Of a DNA stretch of 64,000 bases, positions 26,010 through 36,107 are shown in pieces; position 1 is the first letter of the stretch; each line of letters starts with the position of its first letter. Both the position numbers and the translations under genes were made by a program. This DNA comes from Bdellovibrionales bacterium (GTDB taxonomy: Bacteria > Bdellovibrionota > Bdellovibrionia > Bdellovibrionales > UBA1609). The notes under the pieces are model-generated. The model saw nothing but the letters and a program-made list of their open reading frames with translations. It searched no databases and was not told where the DNA came from. The stretch is taken from positions 2,272,001 to 2,336,000 of the forward strand of contig CBDCMT010000001.1 in NCBI GenBank assembly GCA_965219095.1, read 5' to 3'.

Positions 26010-27653
26010 TTAAACTACAGCTTCTTCAATTAAGTTTTTTGTTTGTAAGTCTTTGTTTTTTAACCTCTCAATATTTTCTAAAAGTTCTTTATTATGTGAT
26101 GAAATTTCTAAAAGTTCTACAGCTAAAAGCCAATGATCTTTGTATGTTTCTAAATGTGTTTTCAGAACATGGTGATAGTCTTCAAAAGAAAAGAAGTTAT
26201 TTTTTTGTTTTTGCAAACGCAAATCTCTTAAAACTTTGAAAGCTTCATTAAGCGTGCTTGAGGTTCTAGGCTTAATAGGAATTTCTACGGGTTTAAAAGA
26301 ATCAGATGAAGTTGAAAGGTCTAATTGGTAGCTTGTACCTCCCATGACAGAGGGGATGTGACAGCCCGCAAGAGCTAAATCAAAAAGACCCCACTTAGGA
26401 CGAAAAAGAAACTCATTTTGATAAGTAAGACTAGCATTTTCAAAAGTAAGAAGAATAGGGTTGTTGTTTTTGGATAAGACATTTTTTAATAAACCTTTGA
26501 TCTGAACTCCTGAGGCATAATTAAGTTGTGTAAATTCCCCTAATTTTAATTCTCCTGTTCTTTCACCTAGTGGTGTGCTATAGCCTTCTTTGTGAAAATC
26601 CATACCATGTCCTTCTAAAGGTTCTCCTTGATAGGATAACTTACAAGGGCCTTCAAACTTTAAGAAAATAGGTTTTTTTCTTTTACAAAATTTTATATCA
26701 GTTAATTGACCTGAAATCTCTAAACCACTATCCAATTCGACAGTGTTTTTTGTTTGAGAACGGAGAGCTTCTTTGAGTCCTTTATTTCCTCCTACTTTAA
26801 AAGACATCTGAGCTTCCATTTCATAAAGAACTTCATTTAAATGCAAAAAATCATGTGCAATAAAAAGTTGAGGTTGCGGTCTTGTGATATCGTAGCTGTA
26901 CTGAAGACAGTTTTTGGTTAAGGGAATTTTTTTAGGTTTTGAAAGACAGTATTTTGATTCTTCTAAGGACGAAAGCAGGCCTGCACCAAAAATACGAGGA
27001 GGACTGCCAATCAGTCCGTATTCAACAGTCCACCAGTTCATGCGAGACAAAAAACTTGCTTCTGATGTATAACGTTGAGAGGCTTCAATTTTTTTTAAAC
27101 GCCTTTCACTGTCTTTGATCTCATCTTTAGTAGCCTTAGGGTTTTCTTTCAAATCACTAAGGCGACGGATTATGATATAAGCCTCTAGATCCTCTTTTGC
27201 AAAAATAGATTTTACGGCTATCTCTCCATAGTTTTTCAAATACTGAGAAAAATCGGCATTCACTAACATAGGAGCATGTCCTGCAGCTTCATGAATGATA
27301 TCAGGAGCAGGAGTGTACAAAATATGTTCAAGGCTTCTAAGCTCTCTTGCAATAGGTAAAATTCCAAGAGATTGGAATTCCATAAACACCATAGGAGGGA
27401 TAAAACCGCTGATAGGAATCGCCCTCCAGCCTAATAAAGAAAGTTTGTGATCCATTTCCTCTATTTTAGGAATTTTATCGATAGTGACTCCGGTTTTGTC
27501 TAAACCTTCAAGATAAGAAGAATGGGCTTGGTGTTTGAGAAAAGCTTTTAGGTTCCTCATAACGTAACGCCAAAGAGAATGATCTTCTTCTGTATAAAGG
27601 TTGTGCTTTTGTTCAAAAACATAAGGTTTTAAGTGCTCTGGTATAAAGTCCAT
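26010..27653 (-). CDS. phhA: Biopterin-dependent aromatic amino acid hydroxylase (long-form phenylalanine 4-hydroxylase)
   Basis: YTPAPDIIHEAAGHAPML, WWTVEYGL and GAGLLSS motifs, with a C-terminal extension. Confidence 0.88.
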   Translation of the reverse strand: MDFIPEHLKPYVFEQKHNLYTEEDHSLWRYVMRNLKAFLKHQAHSSYLEGLDKTGVTIDKIPKIEEMDHKLSLLGWRAIPISGFIPPMVFMEFQSLGILPIARELRSLEHILYTPAPDIIHEAAGHAPMLVNADFSQYLKNYGEIAVKSIFAKEDLEAYIIIRRLSDLKENPKATKDEIKDSERRLKKIEASQRYTSEASFLSRMNWWTVEYGLIGSPPRIFGAGLLSSLEESKYCLSKPKKIPLTKNCLQYSYDITRPQPQLFIAHDFLHLNEVLYEMEAQMSFKVGGNKGLKEALRSQTKNTVELDSGLEISGQLTDIKFCKRKKPIFLKFEGPCKLSYQGEPLEGHGMDFHKEGYSTPLGERTGELKLGEFTQLNYASGVQIKGLLKNVLSKNNNPILLTFENASLTYQNEFLFRPKWGLFDLALAGCHIPSVMGGTSYQLDLSTSSDSFKPVEIPIKPRTSSTLNEAFKVLRDLRLQKQKNNFFSFEDYHHVLKTHLETYKDHWLLAVELLEISSHNKELLENIERLKNKDLQTKNLIEEAVV

Positions 27654-27710
27654 GGCTTTATTTTAAAGGATAGAGAAGTGTTTTTTCAATCTTTTTATGA
27701 AAAGAAAGGT

Positions 27711-28727
27711 TCATTCCATGATTTTAACAGCAATAAGACCTTCTTCAGGGCTTGAAAAGTGAGGAGTTTGCCCTCTGTAAAGAGAGGCCCCTACTAGTTG
27801 AATGGTTTTATCATAAGTAAAAAAACGAAGCTCATACTTTATCCCCCCCTCAAGCTTGTCAGCAATGACGCATTGTTGAGCTAAAAAACTTTTTTCATCA
27901 AGAGATTCAAAGCGTTTTATGGAAATACTTTTTCCGCTCACAGCTCCTTTTGCACCGTGAGAGTTGTAAGGTTTAAAGAACCACTTTTTTCTTTCTTGCT
28001 TTGACATATTTTTTTTCAAATCAGATAGAGAATAACAGGGCAGAAGAATTTCATCAAATTCTGGAAACTCTTTATACCATTTTATCATCAAACTTTTGTC
28101 AGCTAATTTTTCATAAGTATCGGGATTAGGAGTGACACATATTTTTTTATCTTGAAAGATCTTTTTTAAAACATAAGATGTGTTCTTTTTTAAGAAAAAA
28201 TCACATGTCCTATTATAAATCAAATCAGATGAGTATGTCTTCTTTAGAGCTTTTAGATCCATAAGCTCACAGTCTACATGAAACGACTTAAAAAAATCTT
28301 TGTATTGGTAAAACTCCTGAAGGTTTTTTTGCTTTAAGATGTCTTCGTCAACAAGACTTACTTTTTTAAGTTGTTTTTTGTTTGAAATTTTTTCAAACTC
28401 CTTTGTAAAACTTAAAAAAAGACTTCCTTTAGCATCTTGAAATTGATCAATTTGATGAAGTTCTTTCAAAGCGTTGATCCAGAAAAAGCCTGATGCGTTA
28501 GTGTTGACCTCAATTAATTTCAACTGCTTGTCTTTGGTTACAAGAAAATCATAACAACACAGAACTGAGGGAGGAGGAGAAAGCTTTGTCTCTAAGTTTT
28601 GTATAAAGTCTTGAGCTTTTTTAAAAAGTTTTTTTTCTATAGCAAGAAAGCCTTTTGATGAAAGAAGGGAGCTATTGCATTGCAATAAAGACTTTCTTTT
28701 GAAACGGGTTTCTTTTAAAGTAACCAT
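27711..28727 (-). CDS. ATP-grasp-like (glutathione synthetase/circularly permuted ATP-grasp-like) protein
   Basis: YDF...LKLIEVNTNASG, DLIYNR, LADK and FFKP..SHGAKG motifs. Confidence 0.6.
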   Translation of the reverse strand: MVTLKETRFKRKSLLQCNSSLLSSKGFLAIEKKLFKKAQDFIQNLETKLSPPPSVLCCYDFLVTKDKQLKLIEVNTNASGFFWINALKELHQIDQFQDAKGSLFLSFTKEFEKISNKKQLKKVSLVDEDILKQKNLQEFYQYKDFFKSFHVDCELMDLKALKKTYSSDLIYNRTCDFFLKKNTSYVLKKIFQDKKICVTPNPDTYEKLADKSLMIKWYKEFPEFDEILLPCYSLSDLKKNMSKQERKKWFFKPYNSHGAKGAVSGKSISIKRFESLDEKSFLAQQCVIADKLEGGIKYELRFFTYDKTIQLVGASLYRGQTPHFSSPEEGLIAVKIME

Positions 28728-28738
28728 GGAGTTTTAGT

Positions 28739-29518
28739 TTGAAGTTAATTTCTTGGAACGTCAATGGTATAAGAGCCGCTTCTGACAAAGGGCTTTTAGA
28801 ATTTCTTAAAAAAGAAAAGCCTGATATTTGTTGTCTTCAAGAAACCAAAGCACATCCAGAACAATTGGATCAAAAACTTCTTACTTCTCTTAGTTTAGGT
28901 GGTCCTATGTACTTTTCATCAGCTTATAAAAAAGGTTATTCAGGAGTGACAACTTTGTTATCTTCAAAAATTCCTAAACCTCAAAAAATAAGCTGTGAAA
29001 TAGGTATAAGAGCTTATGATCGTGAAGGGAGATTTGTGATTACAGATCACAAAGCTTTCAAACTTTATAACATTTATTTTCCTAATGGGGGTATGGGATA
29101 TGAAAGGCATTTTTTTAAACAGAGGTTTTTACAAAACTTAAAGCTCCATTTGAAAAAAGAAAAAACAAAAAAGCCTCTTGTTATTGTAGGAGACTACAAC
29201 GTAGCTTATGAAGATCAAGATGTTTATGATCCCCAAGCCTTGGGCCAAACTAGCGGGTTTTTACCCGAAGAAAGACAATGGTTTAAAAGCTTTTTAGACT
29301 TGGGTTTTGTAGATATTTTTCGTCATTTTTACCCTAAAAAGCAAACTTTTACATGGTGGTCTTATAGGGAAAGAGCAAGGAGGGATAATAGGGGCTGGAG
29401 GATTGACTTTATTTGTGTTACAAAGGACTTTTTGAAAAAAGTTGAAAATATTGAAATTTTTGAATCTCAAGAAGGCTCTGATCATTGTCCCCTTGGGGTA
29501 AAGCTGAAAGGAGTTTAA
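28739..29518 (+). CDS. xth: Exodeoxyribonuclease III (AP endonuclease)
   Basis: SWNVNGIRA, CLQETK, YFPNG, GDYNVA, GWRID and SDHCP motifs. Confidence 0.96.
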   Translation: MKLISWNVNGIRAASDKGLLEFLKKEKPDICCLQETKAHPEQLDQKLLTSLSLGGPMYFSSAYKKGYSGVTTLLSSKIPKPQKISCEIGIRAYDREGRFVITDHKAFKLYNIYFPNGGMGYERHFFKQRFLQNLKLHLKKEKTKKPLVIVGDYNVAYEDQDVYDPQALGQTSGFLPEERQWFKSFLDLGFVDIFRHFYPKKQTFTWWSYRERARRDNRGWRIDFICVTKDFLKKVENIEIFESQEGSDHCPLGVKLKGV

Positions 29519-29519
29519 G

Positions 29520-30017
29520 TTGTTTTTTGTTTTGTTATTTTTATTTACTGTTTTACCGGCTATAGAGCTGATTGTGCTTTTCAATCTAAGTCAGGTTATG
29601 GGGTTTTTTAACACTATACTTCTTATCTTATTCACAGGTATTGTGGGAGTGTTTTTTGTGAGACAACAAGGGCTTGAATTTTATTTAAAACTAAGATCTT
29701 CTTTGATTTCAGGAAAAGATCCAGGAGAAGCTTTGTTAAATGGGTTTTTTATCCTTCTAGGAGGAGTGTTGTTGATCACTCCAGGTTTGATTACAGACCT
29801 TTGGGGCTTTTTTATGTTGATGGAGTTTTCACGAAACTTTTTTGTTTATCTTTTTAAGAAGATAATAAAAGAGAAAATCAAAAAAGAAGGAGTTAAGGTT
29901 TATACTCATAACATTTCTTTTGATCATAATTTTGATTCCTTTCAAAACCATGCTGATGAAGAGGAAAGAAGTTCCCATAACATTATTGATTTAAATGAAA
30001 GAAAAAACTCTGATTGA
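29520..30017 (+). CDS. fxsA: FxsA family membrane protein
   Basis: P.IEL, QG and GGVLLITPGLITD motifs. Confidence 0.9.
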   Translation: MFFVLLFLFTVLPAIELIVLFNLSQVMGFFNTILLILFTGIVGVFFVRQQGLEFYLKLRSSLISGKDPGEALLNGFFILLGGVLLITPGLITDLWGFFMLMEFSRNFFVYLFKKIIKEKIKKEGVKVYTHNISFDHNFDSFQNHADEEERSSHNIIDLNERKNSD

Positions 30018-30209
30018 CCTTTTAGTTGATGATAGTAAGAACGTAATAAACATAAGAAGCTAAAGAAACAGAACCGAGAGTTAAGCTTACCATCTTTTTT
30101 TCAATGAATTTGTTAGCAATTAAAATGGAAAAAATAAAAAGCAAAGTGCTGAAAGCAAGCCAAATCAAGTCATAATATAACAAGGGGTTTTTAAGAATAA
30201 AAGCTTTCT
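29970..30209. repeat. 240-bp direct repeat, copy 1 (target duplication of IS1634)
   Basis: Matches 33964-34203 except one substitution I could see; abuts the IS IR exactly. Confidence 0.95.
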
Positions 30210-31224
30210 CCTGACTTCGACACAACACACTGCAACAAGTGAATAATTTCAAATAGTTACAATTTTTGGGGCCACAGGAAAGGGTTTTTTAAAGGTCGAC
30301 AGATGTTGTGGGAATGAGGCTCATAGAAGAGTTTCTTTTAAGCGAAAAAGCACTATAAATTTCTTCTACTTCCTTTGTACAACCTGAGGGAAGGCGATAA
30401 AGTTTTTTCGTCTTTTTTTCTTCTAAAATACTGTACTGATCTCTTTTTAAGATCTTTCTCATTCTTTCAAAGCTTAAATTAAGTCCTGCTTGTTTGAGTT
30501 TATAAACCATTGTGTAAGAGATCGCATAGGCTAAAAAACAAATGGCAATGTGAGTTTCTATTCTTCTTTTTTTCCAATGATAAACAGGCCTCATCTTTAA
30601 CGTCGTCTTATTCACTCTAAAAGCCTCTTCTATTCTCCAAAGACTTCTGTAACGACTTAAAAGCTCACTGGCTGTCTTGTTTTGAACATTTGTTATAATT
30701 CCATGAAGACCGTCCCACAAAGCTTCTTTTTCCATTTTCTCCTCATCTATGGTCACTTTCACATCGTCAACTTTAATAAAACGTTTGGTTCCATGATTGG
30801 AGATCAACTGACTCACAGGAATCTCCTTGTTTCTTACTTTCTTCATCAAACGATTGATCAAACGCTCTCTTTGATTTTGATCTCTTTTGGCTCTTTTGTT
30901 TGAATAACTGACTATCAATCTTTTTCCTTCATGCTCTAGCTCTTTCACCCAAAAAAGATGAGACGTATCACAAGCCACTTGGGTGGGCTTATAGTTTTTA
31001 TAACTTAAAACCTCTTCTTTTTTCTTGCTAGAAAGGGATTTTAACTTTGCAGCCACAACATACTCTATCCCCATCTTATCCATAGTCTCTAAATTCTTTC
31101 TTACAAACATAGCTCTATCAGCTACTAAAACAGCTCTTCTTACATTAAAACGAGTCTTTAGCTTATTTATAGATTCTACCAGTGTAGCCCCCTCACTTGT
31201 ATTGCCCGGAAAAAGTTCATAGCT

Positions 31225-31524
31225 TATTTGAAATAAAATAATCTGTAAGGATCTCCTCCCTCAAGAGTACAGTCAACAGCTCTCACTTCGTTTTCATTTA
31301 CAAAAACCTTACAAGTTAATTTTAGTATTGACTCATTTTCTTTTCCGGGAAGCCCTATAAAAATTTCTACTCCAGCGTCTCCTCTAGGACCTAAAAAAGG
31401 GCCGATAACTGTACATTTATTATTATTCATAGAGGTCAAACCCTTATTTTTCTGTTTATCCATTTTCAAGTTTCTCATCTTCAATATCTGTATTGACTTG
31501 AATCCAAAGTGGTAAATGATCTGA
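31225..31524 (-). other. 300-bp foreign insert: 3' end of an EEP-nuclease-like gene and 5' end of a following gene
   Basis: Removing it restores the transposase frame HPM-SYELFPGNTSE; it encodes SDHLPLWIQVNTDIEDEKLENG* and then MNNNKCTVIGPFLG... Confidence 0.75.
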
Positions 31525-32029
31525 CATAGGATGCCCTTGTGAGTTTGTCATAAGTGCCAAAACAACCTGTGTCTCTTTAAATTTACAATCTTTACTAAAA
31601 CCAAACCTGCGAATCTCATCCTCTGAAAAGCTCTCAAAATACAAGGTCGTCACATCATAAAGCAAAACATCCACCTCATGGTTAAACAAAGACAAGGTGT
31701 TCTCAGATACCTTTTTCTTCGAGGTCTCAATAAAAGGATAAAAACGATCCATAGCCCTATAAACTTTCTCTAAAGGAATCTGTCGGTTAAAATCTTCAAA
31801 AAGTGTTTCTACACTACCTCTTTTTGATTCTGGATTAAAAACTCTTGATAAAACACAGTGCTTTAAAATATCATTCCACTCTAAATCTTTCTTTGTACCC
31901 TCAATCAAATTTCCAAAACCTAACTCAGCATAAAGCTCATTAAAAACTTTCTCAATACCACAAACAACACGCTTTTTCTCCTCTAAAATACTGCCTGAAA
32001 ACTGGAAATCTTTCTCACTCTTTTTTTTC

Positions 32030-33548
32030 GGCTCCTCCCGGAAATCTGTGGGTGAAAAGTAGTAGAAATCCCCCAAAAGAGCTCATATTAATCAAAGTAA
32101 GAGTAAGACATCCTATCTTGTATTTTTGAGTTCTTTGAGGCCCTTACTGGCCTCTATCACCTCCGGTGATTGAACTCAAAAACATTCATTTTATTTGCTT
32201 TTATTTGTTGTGTTACATTAAAATTTTAAAAAAGAAGCACCTACTTCCCAGATGCCTTAAAATGTTATTCAAAAAAAAAAAAAGGAGGGAAGAGATGCTT
32301 TTGAAGACTATACTAAATGATTGTTTAAGATGGAAGTCTTTTGTATACGGAGACATTTATTTTTCAAAAGATAGAAAGTCAATTAATGTTCCTATTAAGG
32401 CTCGTAAAAATGGCCAAGCTTTTTGTAGTGTTTGTAAGAAGCCCTGTTCAGTGTATGACAGCAGTAAATCATCACGGGACTTTGAATCCCTTCCTATTTT
32501 AAGTTACAGGGTATTTTTTGTTTATTTTGTAAGAAGAGTTAATTGTCCTTGCTGTGGGGTAAAAGTTGAGTATTTACCTTGGGCCGATGGTAAGAAGAGT
32601 TTAACGATCTTTTACATGAAGTATTTAGCAGACTGGTGTCGTCACCTGTCTTGGAAAGAGGTTTCTTGTAAGTTTCATGTCAGTTGGAATCAGGTCTATG
32701 CTTCGGTAGAATGGGTCGTAGAATATGGTTTAAAACAAAGGGTTTTAAAGGGAATACAAGCTATAGGTGTAGATGAAATACAATGGAAAAAGAACCATCA
32801 GTATCTCACCTTAGTCTATGAAATAAGCAAAGAAAGTGTTCGTTTGCTATGGATAGGAGAAAAAAGAACAGAAAAGAGTTTTAGAAAATTCTTTGATTTA
32901 CTAGGAGAGAAGTCAAAAGATATACGGTTTGTGTGTTCTGATATGTGGAAGCCTTATTTAAAAGTCATAAAGGAGAGGGCAAGTGGAGCTTTACACATAT
33001 TAGATCGGTTTCATATCGTAGCAAGACTCAATAAGGCTTTAGACGAAGTGAGAGCTTCAGAACACAAAAAAATGAAAGAAGATGGGTATGAACCCCTTTT
33101 AACAAAAGCTAGATGGCCCTTGTTAAAAAATGCAGAAAATTTAAAATCTTATGAGAAAGTAAAATTAAGGCATTTAATACAGTACAATTTAAAAAGTATC
33201 CGCTGTTATTTTTTAAAAGAAGACTTCCGACAGTTATGGACCTATGTTTCACCAACTTGGGCTGGTAAATTTATAGACAGTTGGACGAGACGAGTCATGC
33301 TTTCAAAAATTGAACCTATGAAAAGAGAAGCAAAAACCATACGAAGACATAAGCTACTTATTCTTAATTACTTCAAGGCTAAAAAAACCTTCTCCTCAGG
33401 GATTGTAGAGGGTTTAAACAACAAAGTAAAACTCACTATGAGAAAATCTTACGGCTTTAGAACCTCTAAAGCTATAAAAATCGCCTTATATCATAACCTT
33501 GGAAAACTGCCAGAACCTCCGGGAACCCACAGATTCTTTTGAGGAGGC
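32030..33548 (+). mobile_element. ISL3-family element, complete (transposase 32295-33542)
   Basis: Ends as at 20452; 8-bp TSD TTTTTTTC. Confidence 0.96.
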
Positions 33549-33963
33549 TTTTTTTCTTCTCTTTCTTCTTCTCCTTAGGCCTTCTACCATAAACTAGCTT
33601 CTCACAACCTGGAAGCACAGGATTTCTTTGATTCTTAATGTCTATGATCAACTCTTCTGCTAACTTCTTAGCTTTTTTAACTTCCTTATCGCTTGCAAAA
33701 ATACCCATAGAACGAATGGTCTTTTGTACGCACTTCCCCTTAAGCCAAACAGACTCTACAATCCGTACACTTTTTTTACCCTTAGACTTTGATGTTACTT
33801 TTACAAACATTCTTCAAAAAGGCTAAACAACTTTTGCAAACTTGTAAAATGGGCCGGGGCCACAGAACCAACCTAAAACCTGTGTATAACTCCTTTAACT
33901 AAAAGCTAGAGGTAAAAGAACGAAAATATTTTTTTTAACTCACTGTGTTGTGTCGAAGTCAGG

Positions 33964-34203
33964 AGTTCCCATAACATTATTGATTTAAATGAAAGAAAAA
34001 ACTCTGATTGACCTTTTAGTTGATGATAGTAAGAACGTAATAAACATAAGAAGCTAAAGAAACAGAACCAAGAGTTAAGCTTACCATCTTTTTTTCAATG
34101 AATTTGTTAGCAATTAAAATGGAAAAAATAAAAAGCAAAGTGCTGAAAGCAAGCCAAATCAAGTCATAATATAACAAGGGGTTTTTAAGAATAAAAGCTT
34201 TCT
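33964..34203. repeat. 240-bp direct repeat, copy 2
   Basis: Matches 29970-30209; begins immediately after the IS IR. Confidence 0.95.
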
Positions 34204-34951
34204 GAGATACTAAGGAGGCAAATGTTAAAATAATGCAAAGATTGAAAATATTGGAGCCAAAAATGTTGCCCAAAGCCATTTGCCCTTTCTTTTTTAAAAC
34301 AGCTAAAAGGGAAGTTACAAATTCAGGAAGCCCTGTACCTACGGCTAAAATGATAGCTCCAGAGACTCTATCAGGCCAATGAAAGAGTTTCCCTAGGCCT
34401 TGTGTGCCTTTAACGGTCATTTCAGATCCTATAAAAAGAAACAAAGAGGCTGTAAGAAAGATCACAAGGCTGAGTCCTATATGACAGGGGGGGGCTGAAT
34501 TTTGTGTTTCAGGTGAGTTTTTATACTGCTTTGCTATAAGATATAAAAACACACCTAATAAAAGCAAAAGAACAAAAGATTCAGGAAAGCTTAAAATTTG
34601 ATTGTAAAAGAAAGCTATGAATAAAATAAGGGATAGTAAGAGAAATAAAAGTTCATATAAGTAAGAGCCTTTGTTTCTTAGTCCAAAAAAAAACAACATT
34701 CCTCCGATTAAAAGAGAGTTAAATACATTCGAACCTACAACATTGCCAAAGGCTAGCCCTTCAGCCCCTTTCATTACAGATGTTATGGAAATTAAAAGCT
34801 CAGGAAGACTTGTCCCCAAAGCTAATAGGGATATGCCTGAAAATGTACTTGAGAGGTGAAAACGTTGAGACATAGAAAGAGAGGCCCTGATTAAGAACTC
34901 AGCTCCCAGAATCAAAAAAGTAAAACCACAAAATGTCAGTAAATAGCTCAA
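34016..34951 (-). CDS. Calcium/sodium antiporter (YrbG/CaCA family)
   Basis: Two alpha-repeats: GTSLPE...GNVVGSN and GTGLPE...GNIFGSN. Confidence 0.93.
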   Translation of the reverse strand: MSYLLTFCGFTFLILGAEFLIRASLSMSQRFHLSSTFSGISLLALGTSLPELLISITSVMKGAEGLAFGNVVGSNVFNSLLIGGMLFFFGLRNKGSYLYELLFLLLSLILFIAFFYNQILSFPESFVLLLLLGVFLYLIAKQYKNSPETQNSAPPCHIGLSLVIFLTASLFLFIGSEMTVKGTQGLGKLFHWPDRVSGAIILAVGTGLPEFVTSLLAVLKKKGQMALGNIFGSNIFNLCIILTFASLVSQKAFILKNPLLYYDLIWLAFSTLLFIFSILIANKFIEKKMVSLTLGSVSLASYVYYVLTIIN

Positions 34952-35123
34952 AGTTAAAAAAATCCGTCTTTTGTTTTTTTCATATCTTTTTAAATACCAA
35001 AAATTTTTCTGATTTCTTCATACAAAAGTCTAAGCCCCTCTGTATTTATAAAATGTAGCATAGTATATTAAAAAAGAAAAGAGTAAGTATAGATCTAAAA
35101 GAAAGTTTTTAAAGGTTTCAAGT

Positions 35124-35591
35124 GTGATAAAGAAAATAGGAATTTTAGTTTTATTATTTTTTGTGTTTTTTTCTTTTGTATGTTTTAGCGACACTTGTGT
35201 TAGAGTTTCAAGAGCTCATTTGAGAAAAAAGCCTTATTCTCAATCAAAAGTATCTTGGGTTGTGGGTCTTTACACACCTTTGATTGTCAGGAAAAAACAC
35301 AAATTTTGGTCTAAAGTTGAGGATGTAGATGGGCAGACTCACTGGATTCTTAACTCTCAACTCACCCATAAGTGGAGGTGTGGTACGATTTTAAAAAAAG
35401 CTTTCACGCGAAAAGGAGCAGGAGTTCATATGCTGGTAAGTCCTTTAGGGATCGTAGATCGCTACTGGTCTTTTAAAATCTTAAAACGACAAGATCACTG
35501 GCTTTATCTTAAAGATAAAAGTGGACAAAAAGTGTGGGTCTTTAAAGACCTTATTTGGAGGGCTCTAAGTTCAACGCAATTTCATTTTTAA
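35124..35591 (+). CDS. Exported tandem bacterial SH3-domain protein
   Basis: Signal peptide; AHLRKKP...WSKVEDVDGQTHWI and a second related repeat. Confidence 0.75.
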   Translation: MIKKIGILVLLFFVFFSFVCFSDTCVRVSRAHLRKKPYSQSKVSWVVGLYTPLIVRKKHKFWSKVEDVDGQTHWILNSQLTHKWRCGTILKKAFTRKGAGVHMLVSPLGIVDRYWSFKILKRQDHWLYLKDKSGQKVWVFKDLIWRALSSTQFHF

Positions 35592-35642
35592 AATATCTTT
35601 AAGATGCTAAAAGGTATTGTTTATTTAAAAGGATACTTTTCA

Positions 35643-36063
35643 GAGGATGTCCTATTTCTCGGTGGAATTTTAGAGGGCGATTTCATGTTTAAGCGACCTT
35701 TCTTTGTTTTGCAACCATTTTTTCTAAGTTTTCTTTAAAGTTTTTTAAATGCATAAAGCCTCTGATTCGTCTAAATCTTTTCTCAGCATCAAAGAGAGTA
35801 ACAGCAGCCCAACGACTCACTTGGTCTGCTCCTCTCTTCCAGTTCTTAACCCTCCCTGTTATACCTTGAGGAAAACATAGACTCTATAGGATTCGTAGAC
35901 AGTAAAGTCTTTTTCAAGGAGAGGGTAGCTTTAAGACGAATCACAGTCAAAGTCTCCTTACAAGCTTCTTCAAGAGATTCTAAAGCTGAATGGTTGATCT
36001 GTTTCAACCAACAAATCAACTCCTCATGTTCTTTCAAAGCCGATTCATAATCTACTGAACCAT
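35643..36063 (-). mobile_element. IS256 3' fragment
   Basis: IR GAGGATGTCCTATTTCTCGGTGGAATT; matches 25456-25883. Confidence 0.88.
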
Positions 36064-36107
36064 TGATCTTCCCCTAAAAAACTGTCCACTTTTTTGGGGG
36101 AAGATCA
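36064..36107. mobile_element. 44-bp element made only of IS3 terminal repeats
   Basis: TGATCTTCCCC...ACTGTCCACTTTTTTGGGGGAAGATCA. Confidence 0.7.

Larger units (their letters stand above)
30210..33963 (-). mobile_element. IS1634-family element; transposase interrupted by ISL3 and a 300-bp insert
   Basis: IRs CCTGACTTCGACACAACACA; motifs RIVES, YDVTTLYFES, FGFSKD, VADRAM, LWRIEEAFR and HIAICFLAY. Confidence 0.93.

Noticed and set aside
30022..30252. 76-aa ORF resembling a small membrane protein
   Set aside because: It is the duplicated antiporter 3' end within the 240-bp repeat, read from inside the IS end.
32166..32294. N-terminal extension of the ISL3 transposase
   Set aside because: In frame only because of the poly(A) length in this copy; the RBS supports the start at 32295.
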